A stretch of DNA of 64,000 nucleotides from NCBI GenBank assembly GCA_934141535.1, contig CAKPCH010000002.1:11914-75913 (forward strand), read 5' to 3'. The DNA comes from an uncultured Bacilli bacterium (GTDB lineage Bacteria > Bacillota_I > Bacilli_A > RF39 > UBA660). How positions within the stretch are numbered: the first letter of the stretch is position 1; the number at the start of each line of letters is the position of its first letter. The translations under genes and the position numbers were made by a program. Below, in pieces: positions 45,900-56,771 of this stretch. The notes below the pieces were generated by a model that was given only the letters and a program-made list of their open reading frames with translations, was not told where the DNA came from and did not search any database.

Positions 45900-47192
45900 T
45901 CATTTCTTATTGCTTGCTAATAAACCCATTAAAACGTAAAAGATAGGTGCTACTTGTATAACACTTAAATTTACAAATGCCTGTATAGCATATGCTACAA
46001 AGCCTCCTAATATTATAAAGTTAGTTGGCTCTTTTGATTTTAATCCAGATATAAATACCAATAAACATAATAACATATAAGGAATAAAACCTATTAAGCC
46101 TAATGAAGCAAGTATGTGTAAATATACATTATGCGCATTATCTACCATATAATAAGCTTTAGGTATTAAACTTATAAAACCTTGTGTTATAGTATCAAAA
46201 TTATCTTCTATTTTAGGATTTGCTGGATAATCATAAACTAAATTATCATAACCAACACCAGTAATTAAATGTCTATTTGCTACTTCAAAGGAAGCCTTCC
46301 AAATATATATTCTATAATTGCCACCATTATTTATTGTTTTATTTTTAATATCACATAATTCACAATTACCACTTTTAAATACAAATATATTAATAGAATA
46401 TACTAAAATTAATAAAATAACTGGTAATATAAATACTACTAAAAATTTTTTTATATTTAAACTTTTTTTAATAATTAAAAATATAACTAAAAATATAACT
46501 GTTATAATATAAGCAAGTATTGGTCCTGTTGATTGACAATTTATTAAACCAATAACTAATAATATAAATACTACTAAATCTTTTATATTAAATTTTTTAT
46601 CTATTAAAATTTTACATGTTAACATACAAAGTGAGGTTACTACTAATGATCCATAAAAATTATTATGTCCACATAATCCAGACATTGAATCATCAGCCCC
46701 GCCCCTAATAATAAAAGGAAAATCTGTATATACTTGAAATAAGCCATACACTGTATTTATAATAGTTATCCACATAATTATTTTATATAATATAGATAAA
46801 TCTTTCTTGGTTGCTAAATTTTTCCAATTTATAAATAATAAATTATATGATAAAACAGATAAAAAGCCTTCATGTCTATAACTTTTTCCCATTATTGATA
46901 CTTGCTTATTAATTGAAAAAATACATGTTATAATACCTGCTATGGTCATTATTAAAAATATATAATCATATTTATCTAGTTTAAAATTTTTATGCTTTAA
47001 AGTTCTTATATAAGTAAATATTAAAAAAGGTATAGAAGCTATTAAAATATATGATGGATTAATTTTATCATAATTATCTATATAAGAATAATCATATAAA
47101 TAAAATGATATCATTTTTAATAATTGTACAAATGTTAACATTACTATTGTTACAATATATAGTATTTTTTTATCATCTATTCTTTTTAACAT
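45900..47192 (-). CDS. O-antigen ligase/polymerase-like (Wzy_C family) polytopic membrane protein, copy A
   Basis: ~11 TM; YRHEGFLSVLSYNLLF, GHNNFYGSLV, large loop, VDNAHNVYLHILASLGLIGF (the H-N-x-Y-L motif of Wzy_C). Paralog of 48498-49787. Confidence 0.7.
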   Translation of the reverse strand: MLKRIDDKKILYIVTIVMLTFVQLLKMISFYLYDYSYIDNYDKINPSYILIASIPFLIFTYIRTLKHKNFKLDKYDYIFLIMTIAGIITCIFSINKQVSIMGKSYRHEGFLSVLSYNLLFINWKNLATKKDLSILYKIIMWITIINTVYGLFQVYTDFPFIIRGGADDSMSGLCGHNNFYGSLVVTSLCMLTCKILIDKKFNIKDLVVFILLVIGLINCQSTGPILAYIITVIFLVIFLIIKKSLNIKKFLVVFILPVILLILVYSINIFVFKSGNCELCDIKNKTINNGGNYRIYIWKASFEVANRHLITGVGYDNLVYDYPANPKIEDNFDTITQGFISLIPKAYYMVDNAHNVYLHILASLGLIGFIPYMLLCLLVFISGLKSKEPTNFIILGGFVAYAIQAFVNLSVIQVAPIFYVLMGLLASNKK

Positions 47193-48166
47193 ACTTCACT
47201 ACTTTCTAAGTATTTATCTAATAATTCTATTAATTCTTCTTTTGTACTTGTTTTAAATATAGCTTCTTTTAATTCTTTAGCATTAGGTAATCCTTTCAAG
47301 TACCATGCAGCATGACTTCTTATTTCTAACATTGCTACTTTATATGGCTTAGTATTTAGTAATAATAATAGATGTTTTTTTATCATATCTATTTTTTCTT
47401 TTATTGTTACTTCTTTAGGTATTTTACCAGTTTCTAAGTATTCAACGCATTCTTTTATAAGCCAAGGATTTCCTAGCACTCCTCTTCCTATCATAACAGC
47501 ATCACACTTAGTTAGATCAAGCATTCTTTTAGCATCATAACAACTTCTAATATCACCATTACCAATTACTGGTATGTTAACAGCCTCTTTAACTTGTTTT
47601 ATTATATCCCAATCTGCTGTACCACTATAACCTTGACTTCTAGTTCTTGGATGAACTGTTATAGCACTTGCTTTAGCACTCTCTATTACTTTAGCAATAC
47701 TAACTGCATTTATACTATCACTATCCCATCCACTTCTTATTTTTACTGTAACTGGTATTGGAACTGCCTCTACTACAGCGCTTACTATTTCATAAACTTT
47801 TTTAGGGTCTTTAAGTAATGCACTACCTGCTTGAGCACCTATAGCAACCTTAGGTACTGGACATCCCATATTTATATCTATTATATCTGGTTTCATTGTT
47901 TCATATATATACTTTGCAGCTACTACAAAAGATTCTTTATCACTTCCAAATATTTGTTGACTTATAGGACGTTCAAAATCGGTCATATATAACATTTCTT
48001 TAGTCTTTCTACTTCCATAATATATTGCCTTATCACTTACCATTTCAGCAACTATAAGTCCAGCTCCCATCTCTTTAATAATTGTTCTATATGCACTATT
48101 AGATATACCTGCCATAGGCGCTAAAACTACTTGATTTTTTAATGTTATATTACCTATTTTAAACAT
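47186..48166 (-). CDS. dusB: tRNA-dihydrouridine synthase
   Basis: LAPMAGISNSAYR, DINMGCPVPKV, VTVKIRSGWD, ITVHPRTR. Confidence 0.93.
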   Translation of the reverse strand: MFKIGNITLKNQVVLAPMAGISNSAYRTIIKEMGAGLIVAEMVSDKAIYYGSRKTKEMLYMTDFERPISQQIFGSDKESFVVAAKYIYETMKPDIIDINMGCPVPKVAIGAQAGSALLKDPKKVYEIVSAVVEAVPIPVTVKIRSGWDSDSINAVSIAKVIESAKASAITVHPRTRSQGYSGTADWDIIKQVKEAVNIPVIGNGDIRSCYDAKRMLDLTKCDAVMIGRGVLGNPWLIKECVEYLETGKIPKEVTIKEKIDMIKKHLLLLLNTKPYKVAMLEIRSHAAWYLKGLPNAKELKEAIFKTSTKEELIELLDKYLESSEVC

Positions 48167-48210
48167 AAAACCACCTAGTAAATTATAACATAAAAATTAA
48201 AAAAAGTTAA

Positions 48211-48456
48211 TTAAATTAACTTGTCTATATCTTTAGGTACTTTATCATTTACTACAGCACTTACTATTTTATCTTCTTGTTCTTTTGATACATCACGTCC
48301 AGTCATTTGACTTAATGTTTGTATTACCTCTCTTAAAGTACCTTCATTTTTTAAATCATTTTGTTGTAACTTTTTAGCTAAATCTAATATAGTTCCTTTA
48401 CCTACATTAGTCTTTTTTTCTATTCTATTAAAGAATGAATCTGAAAACGCCATCAA
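48211..48456 (-). CDS. spoVIF: Stage VI sporulation protein F-like
   Basis: FFNRIEKKTNV...LAKKLQQNDLKNEGTLREVIQTLSQMTGRDVSKEQEDKIVSAV parallels B. subtilis SpoVIF (FFKNIEKKTGV..LAGSLQNANFKDENTVRSVINRVAQMANRRVPKELEDKIVESI). Confidence 0.65.
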   Translation of the reverse strand: MMAFSDSFFNRIEKKTNVGKGTILDLAKKLQQNDLKNEGTLREVIQTLSQMTGRDVSKEQEDKIVSAVVNDKVPKDIDKLI

Positions 48457-48497
48457 AAAACCTCCCTACATTAATTTATGTAAAAGAGGTAAATTTG

Positions 48498-49787
48498 TTA
48501 CTTACGACATAATATTAATCCCATTATAATATAGTAAATAGGCGCTACTTGTATAACACTTATATTAGCAAATGCTTGTATCGAGTATGCTACAAAACCA
48601 CCTAATAATACAAATGTTATTTTATCTTTACTTTTTAATCCTTTTATAAATGTAAATAAGCAAATTAATAAGTATGGTATTAAACCTATTATACCTGTTG
48701 AAATAAGTGTTTGTAAATATACATTATGAGCATTATCAACTATATAATACTTTTTTGTATTTTGTTGTTTTTCTAGTAAACCAGTTGTAGATATTGTAAA
48801 TGATATTTTATCATCTATTTTAGGATTAGGATAATAATCAATAAAGTTATCAAATCCTACACCTATAAGAAAATGATCGCGTGCTATAACTAAACTATTT
48901 TTCCATATAAGTGTCCTATAATTTCCACCATTATCAAATGTATTTTCTTTCAAGTTACATGTTTCACATCTAATTCCAAGTTTATTATTTACAATAGTAA
49001 TTGGTATATACGTTAATATCAATAAAAGAATTAATACAAATATTTTATATATCTTAATTTCTTTTTTAATATATAAAAATATAAATAAGAATAATAATAC
49101 TATAAAATATGTTAAAAACGGTCCTGATGACTGACAGTCTATAAGTCCAATAAATAACAATATTATAATAAATGCATCTAAAATATTAAACTTTTTATCA
49201 CATAAAAATTTAGTGCTTACAAAACTTAATACTGTAATAACAAGTGATCCATAAAAATTATTATGTCCACAAAATCCAGTTATTGATCCATCTGCTCCTC
49301 CTCTAATAACAAAAGGAAAATCAGTATATACTTGAAAAAATCCATATATAGTGTTCGCTATAGCAATCCATAAAATTAATTTTAATAATTTTTTACAATC
49401 TTCAATATTTCCTAACCTTTTCCAATTTATAAACAACAAATTATATGCAATAATAGATAATAATCCTTCATGTCTATAACTTTTTCCAAATATTGAAACA
49501 TAAATATCATTAGAAAATATACTTGATATAATACCTGCTATTAAAATTATATAAAATAAATAATCATATTTATCCAAATTAAAATCTGTTTTTATTAGAT
49601 TTCTTATATATATCAATATTAAAAATGGTATTGATATATATAGTACTATTGCTGGGTTTATAAAATCGTAATTTGATATTATTTTATAATTCATTAAATA
49701 ATATGATAGAGTTTTTATAAATGGCACTAATACTAATATACAAATTGTAAATATATATAGTAATTTTTTATTATTTAACTTCTTCAT
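48498..49787 (-). CDS. O-antigen ligase/polymerase-like (Wzy_C family) membrane protein, copy B
   Basis: YRHEGLLSIIAYNLLF, GHNNFYGSLV, VDNAHNVYLQTLISTGIIGL. Collinear with copy A over its whole length, and stretches of identical DNA are visible (e.g. GCTACTTGTATAACACTTA). Confidence 0.7.
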   Translation of the reverse strand: MKKLNNKKLLYIFTICILVLVPFIKTLSYYLMNYKIISNYDFINPAIVLYISIPFLILIYIRNLIKTDFNLDKYDYLFYIILIAGIISSIFSNDIYVSIFGKSYRHEGLLSIIAYNLLFINWKRLGNIEDCKKLLKLILWIAIANTIYGFFQVYTDFPFVIRGGADGSITGFCGHNNFYGSLVITVLSFVSTKFLCDKKFNILDAFIIILLFIGLIDCQSSGPFLTYFIVLLFLFIFLYIKKEIKIYKIFVLILLLILTYIPITIVNNKLGIRCETCNLKENTFDNGGNYRTLIWKNSLVIARDHFLIGVGFDNFIDYYPNPKIDDKISFTISTTGLLEKQQNTKKYYIVDNAHNVYLQTLISTGIIGLIPYLLICLFTFIKGLKSKDKITFVLLGGFVAYSIQAFANISVIQVAPIYYIIMGLILCRK

Positions 49788-49833
49788 TATATCACCTATT
49801 TTATAATATCATATATAACAAAAAAAGGAAACA

Positions 49834-51147
49834 TTATTGTTCTCCTTTACTTTTAAAATTTATTACTATAGGTGTACCTGTAAAATCAAATGATTCTCTT
49901 ATTTTATTTTCTATATATCTTTCATATGAAAAATGTACTAATCCTTTACTATTTACTTGTATATTAAATGTAGGTGGTTGTGTTCTTGTCTGTGTTGTAA
50001 AATATATTTTTAGTCTTTTACCTTTATAAGATGGAGGTAAATTTAATTCATATGCATCCATAATTACCCTATTAAGTAAACTAGTTTTTATTTCTTTTCT
50101 ACTATTTTCGTATGCTGTTAAAACCTCAGGCATAAGTGTATGAATACGTTTTTTAGTTTTAGCACTTAAGAATACTACTTTAGCATATGGCATGAATGCA
50201 AAAGATGATGAGATATCTGTTTTCCATTTCTTCATACTAGCATCCTTATCTTCTACTAAATCCCATTTATTTACAACTATAACTACTGCCTTTCCAGCAT
50301 CTATAGCATACCCAGCTATATGTTTATCATGTTCTATTATACCTTCTTCTGCATTTATAACAATGACACATACATCACTTCTATCAATTGCTTTTAAACT
50401 TCTTAATAAACTATATTTTTCTATATTCTCATATACTTTACCTTTTTTTCTCATACCTGCTGTATCTATTACTGTATATGTCTCATTATTATAATTAAAA
50501 TCAGTATCAACTGCATCTCTTGTAGTACCTGCAACATTACTTACAATAACTCTATCTTCATTAAGAATAGCATTTACTAAACTACTTTTACCTACATTTG
50601 GTCTTCCTATTATTGAAAACTTAATTTTTGAATCATCTTCTTCAGCTTCGAATTTAGGAAAATTAGAAGTTATTTCATCAAGTAAATCGTATATTCCATC
50701 TCCTTGTTCACCACTTACTTTTATATAATGTTCAAAACCAAGTTCAAAAAACTCATATTCAGTATTTATTATATTTTTACTATCACATTTATTTATAGCT
50801 ACTATTACTTTGTTTTGGATTTTCTTTAACATATCTCTAACTAAAAAGTCATCTCTAGTTAATCCTTCTTTACCGTCTACTACAAATACTACTAAGTCTG
50901 CTTCATCAATAGCAAGTTCTGCTTGCATTCTAATTTCATCATTAAAGTTATCGTTTCCTATTTCAATACCACCTGTATCTATAAGATGAAATTTATAATC
51001 ATAGTAACTAACGCTACCATAAACTCTATCTCTAGTAACTCCAGGAGTATCTTCTATAATAGACATTTTTTTACCTATTAGTTTATTAAATATAGTACTT
51101 TTACCTACATTTGGTCTTCCTACAAGTGCTACTACTGGTTTTTTCAT
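49834..51147 (-). CDS. der: Ribosome-associated double-GTPase Der (EngA)
   Basis: Two G-domains (GRPNVGKSTIFN.., GRPNVGKSSLVN..) plus a KH-like C-terminus. Start ATG 51147 with SD GAGGTGG. Confidence 0.96.
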   Translation of the reverse strand: MKKPVVALVGRPNVGKSTIFNKLIGKKMSIIEDTPGVTRDRVYGSVSYYDYKFHLIDTGGIEIGNDNFNDEIRMQAELAIDEADLVVFVVDGKEGLTRDDFLVRDMLKKIQNKVIVAINKCDSKNIINTEYEFFELGFEHYIKVSGEQGDGIYDLLDEITSNFPKFEAEEDDSKIKFSIIGRPNVGKSSLVNAILNEDRVIVSNVAGTTRDAVDTDFNYNNETYTVIDTAGMRKKGKVYENIEKYSLLRSLKAIDRSDVCVIVINAEEGIIEHDKHIAGYAIDAGKAVVIVVNKWDLVEDKDASMKKWKTDISSSFAFMPYAKVVFLSAKTKKRIHTLMPEVLTAYENSRKEIKTSLLNRVIMDAYELNLPPSYKGKRLKIYFTTQTRTQPPTFNIQVNSKGLVHFSYERYIENKIRESFDFTGTPIVINFKSKGEQ

Positions 51148-51232
51148 ACTAACCACCTCAATCTCGTATATTATAACACAAAAAGGCAAAATAAAAAAGG
51201 CTTTTTATAGCCTTAATTATTTATTAGTTTTC

Positions 51233-51628
51233 TTATTTAGTTGCTAAAGTCATATCATTTAATTTAACTACGTCAGCTGATGATACACCTGTACAAGTTA
51301 AACCTAATTTACCACTAGCATTTGATAAAGTACATTCTACACCATCATTAGAAGTAACTTTTGTACCAGTAATTGTTGCATTGTTAATTCCATTTTTACT
51401 TAATTGTTCAGTAACTTCATCTAAAGTTGGTTCAGTACCTTTTGTAGCATATTTAGTTTGGTATGCTAATTCAACTGCATTTACTATTAATTCTGCTGTT
51501 CTATCTTTAGCACTACTTCTAGCATCGTTAATAATACCTAAAATTACTGGTGTAGCTATTAAAGCGATGATTGCTAAGATTACGATTACAGCTAATAATT
51601 CTATCAATGTAAAACCTTTATTTTTCAT
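51233..51628 (-). CDS. Small type IV pilin-like protein (131 aa)
   Basis: MKNKGFTLIELLAVIVILAIIALIATPVILG is a textbook prepilin leader plus methylation motif. It is followed by a short globular part with one Cys pair (ECTL..GLTC). SD AAGGTGGTGA. Confidence 0.85.
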   Translation of the reverse strand: MKNKGFTLIELLAVIVILAIIALIATPVILGIINDARSSAKDRTAELIVNAVELAYQTKYATKGTEPTLDEVTEQLSKNGINNATITGTKVTSNDGVECTLSNASGKLGLTCTGVSSADVVKLNDMTLATK

Positions 51629-51660
51629 TTTTTCACCACCTTACCTTGTCCTACGTTATA

Positions 51661-51689
51661 AATATACAATATTTTTAAAATTTTGTCAA
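51661..51689 (-). promoter_or_regulatory. Near-consensus sigma-A promoter of the small pilin gene
   Basis: Minus strand TTGACA (51689-51684), 17 nt, TATATT (51666-51661). Confidence 0.6.
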
Positions 51690-51729
51690 TATAACGGTTT
51701 CACAAAATTTACATATTTCTACAAAATAT

Positions 51730-52743
51730 TTACTTATCTAAATCATTAATAGCGCAATTTATACTTTTAGAAATAACATTAGAAAGTTTTTCTATTACAA
51801 AATCTATTTCTTTAGGAGTTACCATTAGATTATAACCTATAGGATTTAATACTTCATAAATTAACATTTTTAATTCTTCATCATTTAGTGTTCCTATTAA
51901 ACCTAAAAGATGTTTTTTATCTTCTTCTTTCTCTTCTATTTCTTTATTTAGATAATTTATATTATTAAATGTTAATTTACTTTTAGGAGTATTCATATAC
52001 TCTTTATTAAAAGCATAATTTTTATATATAAAGTTTATTGAATCTGATACTATTACACTAGCATCTACTACTGTAGGTACTCCTATAGCTATTGTAGGCA
52101 CATGTAATGTTTCATAACTTATTTCTTCTCTTTTATTACCTATACCACTTCCAGGTTGTATTCCTGTATCTGTTATTTGTATAGTTTTATTTAATCTTTC
52201 TAGTGATTTACTAGCTAATGCATCTATTACTACAACACAATCAGGCTTTATTTTTTGTACTACTGATTCCACTAATTCTTTTGTTTCTATTCCTGTTGTA
52301 GCCATTACTCCTGGTACAAATGAACTTACTCTTTTATAATTATCACTTAACTGATGTAATAAATAAAGATGATTTGTAACAATAATATTATCTACTACAA
52401 GAGGTCCTAAAGAATCTGGGGTAGATTTATTATTACCAAGACCTACTATTAAAACATGTGAATTTTTATTTAACTTTAATATTTTTTTTATTACTTTTGT
52501 TAATATATTAAAAAGTTTTTGACTATTAGAAGAATCTGTTACATCTTCAAATTCTAGTGTTATATATTTACCCTTCTTCTTTTTTAATATATTATCACTA
52601 TCTAGTTCTACATTAGTAACTTTAATTCCATTAATTATTTCTGTTTTAGATTTTATGCCTTTTAGATTATCATTACTATCTAATAAATCTACTGCTAAAT
52701 CCGTTCTTATTTCATATTTAGATAAATCTCTTGGTTTATTCAT
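51730..52743 (-). CDS. gpr: Spore germination protease GPR
   Basis: IRTDLAVD, LIVGLGNNKSTPDSLGPLV, IQITDTGIQPGSG. Confidence 0.92.
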   Translation of the reverse strand: MNKPRDLSKYEIRTDLAVDLLDSNDNLKGIKSKTEIINGIKVTNVELDSDNILKKKKGKYITLEFEDVTDSSNSQKLFNILTKVIKKILKLNKNSHVLIVGLGNNKSTPDSLGPLVVDNIIVTNHLYLLHQLSDNYKRVSSFVPGVMATTGIETKELVESVVQKIKPDCVVVIDALASKSLERLNKTIQITDTGIQPGSGIGNKREEISYETLHVPTIAIGVPTVVDASVIVSDSINFIYKNYAFNKEYMNTPKSKLTFNNINYLNKEIEEKEEDKKHLLGLIGTLNDEELKMLIYEVLNPIGYNLMVTPKEIDFVIEKLSNVISKSINCAINDLDK

Positions 52744-52843
52744 TAAATCACCCTTATTATTTTGAACAAATTTAATATATTTATTGCATTTTTATTAAAA
52801 ATTTGCTAAAATATGTGTATATGTGTGACTTGGAGGTGAATTT

Positions 52844-53107
52844 ATGCCAAATTTAAAAAATGCTAAAAAAAGAGTTTTAGTAAATATCAAAAAAGAAAAA
52901 GCTAATAACGAGTTTGCTGCTAGTATGAAAACTGCTATTAAGAATGTAGAAAGAGCTGTTAACTCTAAAGATAAAGAAATGGCTCAAGGTAAATTAAAAA
53001 CTGCTATTAAAGCTATAGATAAAGCAGCACAAAAAGGAGTTACATCTAAAAATACATGTGCTAGAAACAAATCAAGATTAAGTAAAAAAGTTAATTCTAT
53101 GGAGTAA
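52844..53107 (+). CDS. rpsT: 30S ribosomal protein S20
   Basis: MPNLKNAKKRV..., Lys/Ala-rich 87 aa. Promoter TTGCAT-17-TAAAAT upstream; divergent from gpr as in B. subtilis. Confidence 0.95.
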   Translation: MPNLKNAKKRVLVNIKKEKANNEFAASMKTAIKNVERAVNSKDKEMAQGKLKTAIKAIDKAAQKGVTSKNTCARNKSRLSKKVNSME

Positions 53108-53218
53108 TTATTTACTCTTTTTTTATTATTTATTGTAAAGTATTCAAACTTACATTCTTTTTAGTTTGAATATTAATTTTTGTATGTTATAATAAAACTA
53201 GATGAAAGTGGTGATAAT

Positions 53219-54100
53219 ATGAAAGATTTTTTTAAAATATTATTTATGGTATTAGTTGTTGTCACTGTCTTTTGTTTTAGAAATGATATAGCTAATTTTA
53301 TTACTGAAGACATTATATATAAAGGCAGTAATAAAGTTTTGACTTATAATGAATATTATTTAGATTATGATTATTTATATGTTCAAAATACTGACGATAA
53401 TCATGTTAAAACTTATCAAGAAATATTAAATATTTTTTATACTACTATAAATAGTGGCGATGATAGTTTTTCTTTTTATTGTGATTATAAAGGATGTATG
53501 GATGATGTTAATAAAGTAATTAATGATGAGCATATTATTTCTAATATTAATAATTTTGTTCATCCTTATAATTCTTATTCATCTATTAATATTGATATTA
53601 ATAATGCTGGTAAAGTTACTATAAAGTCAAAGAAAACTTATACTAATGAACAAATTGCTTATATAAATAATTATATAGATGAATTTATTAGTAAAAATAT
53701 TAATGATGGGATGGATGACTTAACTAAAATTAAATTATTTCATGACTATGTTATAAATAATACAGTTTATGACGAAGATAATTCTAATAAAATTTATAAT
53801 GCTTATTACCTTATAACTACAAATAAAGCTATATGTGGTGGTTATTCTGATATCATGTCTATCTATTTAAATAAGCTAGGTATTCAAAATTATAAAATTA
53901 CTTCTTTAAACCATGTATGGAATTTAGTTAAAGTAAATGATAGGTGGTATCACATTGATGTTACTTGGGATGATCCGGTTGCTAGTGATGGAAAGCAATA
54001 TTTAATACATAATTTCTTTATGATATCTACTAAAGAATTATTAGAGTTAGATAAAGTTGAACATAATTTTGATGCTAATGTATATCAAGAAGCAAATTAA
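53219..54100 (+). CDS. Membrane-anchored transglutaminase-like (papain-fold) protein
   Basis: One TM. KAICGGYSDIMSIYLNKLGIQNY...NHVWNLVKVNDRWYHIDVTWDD gives the C...H...D triad spacing of transglutaminase-core domains. Start ATG 53219. Confidence 0.7.
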   Translation: MKDFFKILFMVLVVVTVFCFRNDIANFITEDIIYKGSNKVLTYNEYYLDYDYLYVQNTDDNHVKTYQEILNIFYTTINSGDDSFSFYCDYKGCMDDVNKVINDEHIISNINNFVHPYNSYSSINIDINNAGKVTIKSKKTYTNEQIAYINNYIDEFISKNINDGMDDLTKIKLFHDYVINNTVYDEDNSNKIYNAYYLITTNKAICGGYSDIMSIYLNKLGIQNYKITSLNHVWNLVKVNDRWYHIDVTWDDPVASDGKQYLIHNFFMISTKELLELDKVEHNFDANVYQEAN

Positions 54101-54324
54101 AAAGTAATCATTTAATGATTAAAATTAAAGCTAAAGTAAACATTAAAAATATGTTTGCTTTTTATTATAAACAAAATGATTATTATCGAACTTTAAGTAG
54201 GATTTAAGCAAGATTTAAGTAAGATGAATATTAATAAAATAGTCATCTTTTTTTGTTAAAATTAACTTATTTTAAACTAAAAACCTCAATTTATTTAATT
54301 GAGGTTTTAATAAATGTTTATTTA

Positions 54325-54660
54325 TTATTCTTTTTCATGTATTTCTTTTATTTTATCTTCTATTTTTTTTGAATATTCAATAGATTCATCATATATAAAT
54401 TCTAATTCTGGTATATGTCTTAATTCTATTCTATCTGCTAATGTCTTTCTTATAAATCCTTTAGCACTTTTTAAGCCATTTAAAGTTTCTTTTATATCAC
54501 CTAGTGTTGTAAAGTATACTTTAGAATAGCTTAAATCAGATGTTGTATCTACTGCAGTAATAGTAATATATTTTATATTTGGATTTTTTACTTCATTAGC
54601 TATTATATAACTAATTTCTTTTTGCATATTACTATTTATTCTATCTATCTTTACTGACAT
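54325..54660 (-). CDS. rbfA: Ribosome-binding factor A
   Basis: RINSNMQKEISYIIANEVKNP...ITITAVDTTSDLSYSKVYF; start overlaps the infB stop. Confidence 0.93.
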   Translation of the reverse strand: MSVKIDRINSNMQKEISYIIANEVKNPNIKYITITAVDTTSDLSYSKVYFTTLGDIKETLNGLKSAKGFIRKTLADRIELRHIPELEFIYDESIEYSKKIEDKIKEIHEKE

Positions 54661-56753
54661 TATTTCTTCTCTACCATTTCATATGCTTCTATAACATCAC
54701 CAACTTTAATATCATTAAAATTAGTAATTGTTATACCACATTCTAATCCTTTTTTAACTTCTTTTACTGTATCTTTTTCTCTTTGAATAGAATTAATTTC
54801 TCCATCATAAATTACTACACCATCACGTATTATACGTACTTTAGAATTAGATTTTACTACTCCATCTAATATATAACTACCTGCTATTGTACCAACTTTA
54901 GAAAATTTAAATAATTGTCTTACTTCAGCACTTCCTATTACATGTTCTACATATTCTGGGTCTAACATACCTTTCATTGCTGCTTCCATTTCTTCTACCG
55001 CTTTATAAATTATATTATAAAGTCTTATATCTACGCCTTTTTCTTTAGCATAATCTCTAATAGAATTAGTTGGTCTTATATTAAATCCTATTATAATAGC
55101 ATTTGAAGCACTTGCAAGTACTATATCACTTTCTGTAATAGATCCTACACTACTTCTAAGTACTTTAACTCGTACACCTTCTACATCTATTTTTTCTAAT
55201 GAATTTTTTACTGCTTCTGCTGAACCATTTACATCTGCTTTTACTATTACGTTAATTTCTTTTGTACCATCTTGTATTTTAGCAAATATATCTTCTAGAC
55301 TTACAGCACTTTTAGCATTCTGTTTTAAGTGTTCTTCTGTCTTACGTGCTTCTCCTATACTTCTTGCTTGTTTTTCTGTTTCAAAAGCCATAAATTTATC
55401 ACCAGCAGATGGCGTATCATTAACTCCAGTTATTTCTACTGGTTGGCTTGGATATGCTTCAGTAATTTCTTCTCCTTTATCATTTTTTAAAGTTCTAACT
55501 TTACCAAAACTAGTTCCAACTACTATAGGGTCACCTAATCTTAATGTACCATTTTGAACAAGTATTGTAACTACAGAACCTACTTGTTTATCAAGACGTG
55601 ATTCTACTACACTACCTGATGCATAACGAGCTGGATTTGCTCTATAATTTTCCATTTCGGCTACTAATAATATATTATCTAATAACTCATCTATTCCAGT
55701 TCCGTTTTTAGCACTTATTTGAGTAAATATAGTATCTCCACCCCAAATATCTGGAGTAAGTCCATATTCAGCTAATTCAGTCATTACTCTATCTACATTA
55801 GCACCTGGTTTATCTATTTTATTGATTGCCACTAATATAGGTACTCCTGCTGCTTTAGCATGATCTATTGCTTCTTTAGTTTGTGGCATAACTCCATCAT
55901 CTGCAGCAACTATTATTATTACTATATCAGTAATAGAAGCTCCACGAGCACGCATCTCAGTAAATGCAGCATGTCCTGGTGTATCTATAAATGTAATAAG
56001 ATTATCTTTAACCTTTACTTGATAAGCACTTATTGCTTGAGTAATTCCTCCAGCTTCTCCTTCTGCTACATTAGATTTTCTAATAGTATCAAGTAATGTT
56101 GTTTTACCATGATCTACATGTCCCATTATTGTAACTACTGGAGGTCTTTTAACTAAATCTTCTTCTTTATCATTCATTTGAAAGTCTTCAAATTTATTTT
56201 CATCAATTACATGTTCTTCTTCTAACTTTTTACCATATTCTGTAACAAGTAATTCAGCATTATCAAAATCTACTTTATTATTTACAGTAGCAAGTATTCC
56301 AAGCATAAATAATTTTTTTATTAATTCGCTTGGATTTACATTTAATGCTTTAGCTAAATCTCCTATTGTCATTCCATCTTTATAAGTAATTACACTATTA
56401 TCAACAACAGGTCCATTACTAATAAGTTTTTCTTTATTTTTGTACATTTCTTTTTTCTTTTTAGCTAAATCTTTTTTATTAACTTTAACTTTATTTATAG
56501 ATTGTGTTTGTTTTTTTTGCATTGAATTGCTTACTAAGTTTTCTGATTTTTTATTTTCACTTTCTATAAGTTCTTCTTCATATTCTAAATCCATAACCTC
56601 ATCGTGCGCTATATAGTTATCAAGTTCTGTTATAGCATCTTCATCTAGTTCATCTTCACTAGATATAGCTGGTATATTTAATTTTTTACATAGATTTAAA
56701 ATTTCATTTACAGTCTTATTTACGTCTTGTGCATATTCTAATACACTCATCAT
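54660..56753 (-). CDS. infB: Translation initiation factor IF-2
   Basis: [33 protein letters not shown]. Start ATG 56753 (SD AGAGGGTG). Confidence 0.97.
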   Translation of the reverse strand: MMSVLEYAQDVNKTVNEILNLCKKLNIPAISSEDELDEDAITELDNYIAHDEVMDLEYEEELIESENKKSENLVSNSMQKKQTQSINKVKVNKKDLAKKKKEMYKNKEKLISNGPVVDNSVITYKDGMTIGDLAKALNVNPSELIKKLFMLGILATVNNKVDFDNAELLVTEYGKKLEEEHVIDENKFEDFQMNDKEEDLVKRPPVVTIMGHVDHGKTTLLDTIRKSNVAEGEAGGITQAISAYQVKVKDNLITFIDTPGHAAFTEMRARGASITDIVIIIVAADDGVMPQTKEAIDHAKAAGVPILVAINKIDKPGANVDRVMTELAEYGLTPDIWGGDTIFTQISAKNGTGIDELLDNILLVAEMENYRANPARYASGSVVESRLDKQVGSVVTILVQNGTLRLGDPIVVGTSFGKVRTLKNDKGEEITEAYPSQPVEITGVNDTPSAGDKFMAFETEKQARSIGEARKTEEHLKQNAKSAVSLEDIFAKIQDGTKEINVIVKADVNGSAEAVKNSLEKIDVEGVRVKVLRSSVGSITESDIVLASASNAIIIGFNIRPTNSIRDYAKEKGVDIRLYNIIYKAVEEMEAAMKGMLDPEYVEHVIGSAEVRQLFKFSKVGTIAGSYILDGVVKSNSKVRIIRDGVVIYDGEINSIQREKDTVKEVKKGLECGITITNFNDIKVGDVIEAYEMVEKK

Positions 56754-56771
56754 AAGTAACACCCTCTTTCT

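Noticed and set aside
54131-54223. 30-codon plus-strand ORF (MIKIKAKVNIKNMFAFYYKQNDYYRTLSRI)
   Set aside because: It has no SD, spans a terminator hairpin, and has low-complexity composition.
54199-54225. Tandem GATTTAAG(C/T)AA repeat between the transglutaminase-like gene and rbfA
   Set aside because: There are only two and a bit imperfect copies, sitting between two terminators. This is most simply AT-rich slippage, and there is no associated ORF or promoter.
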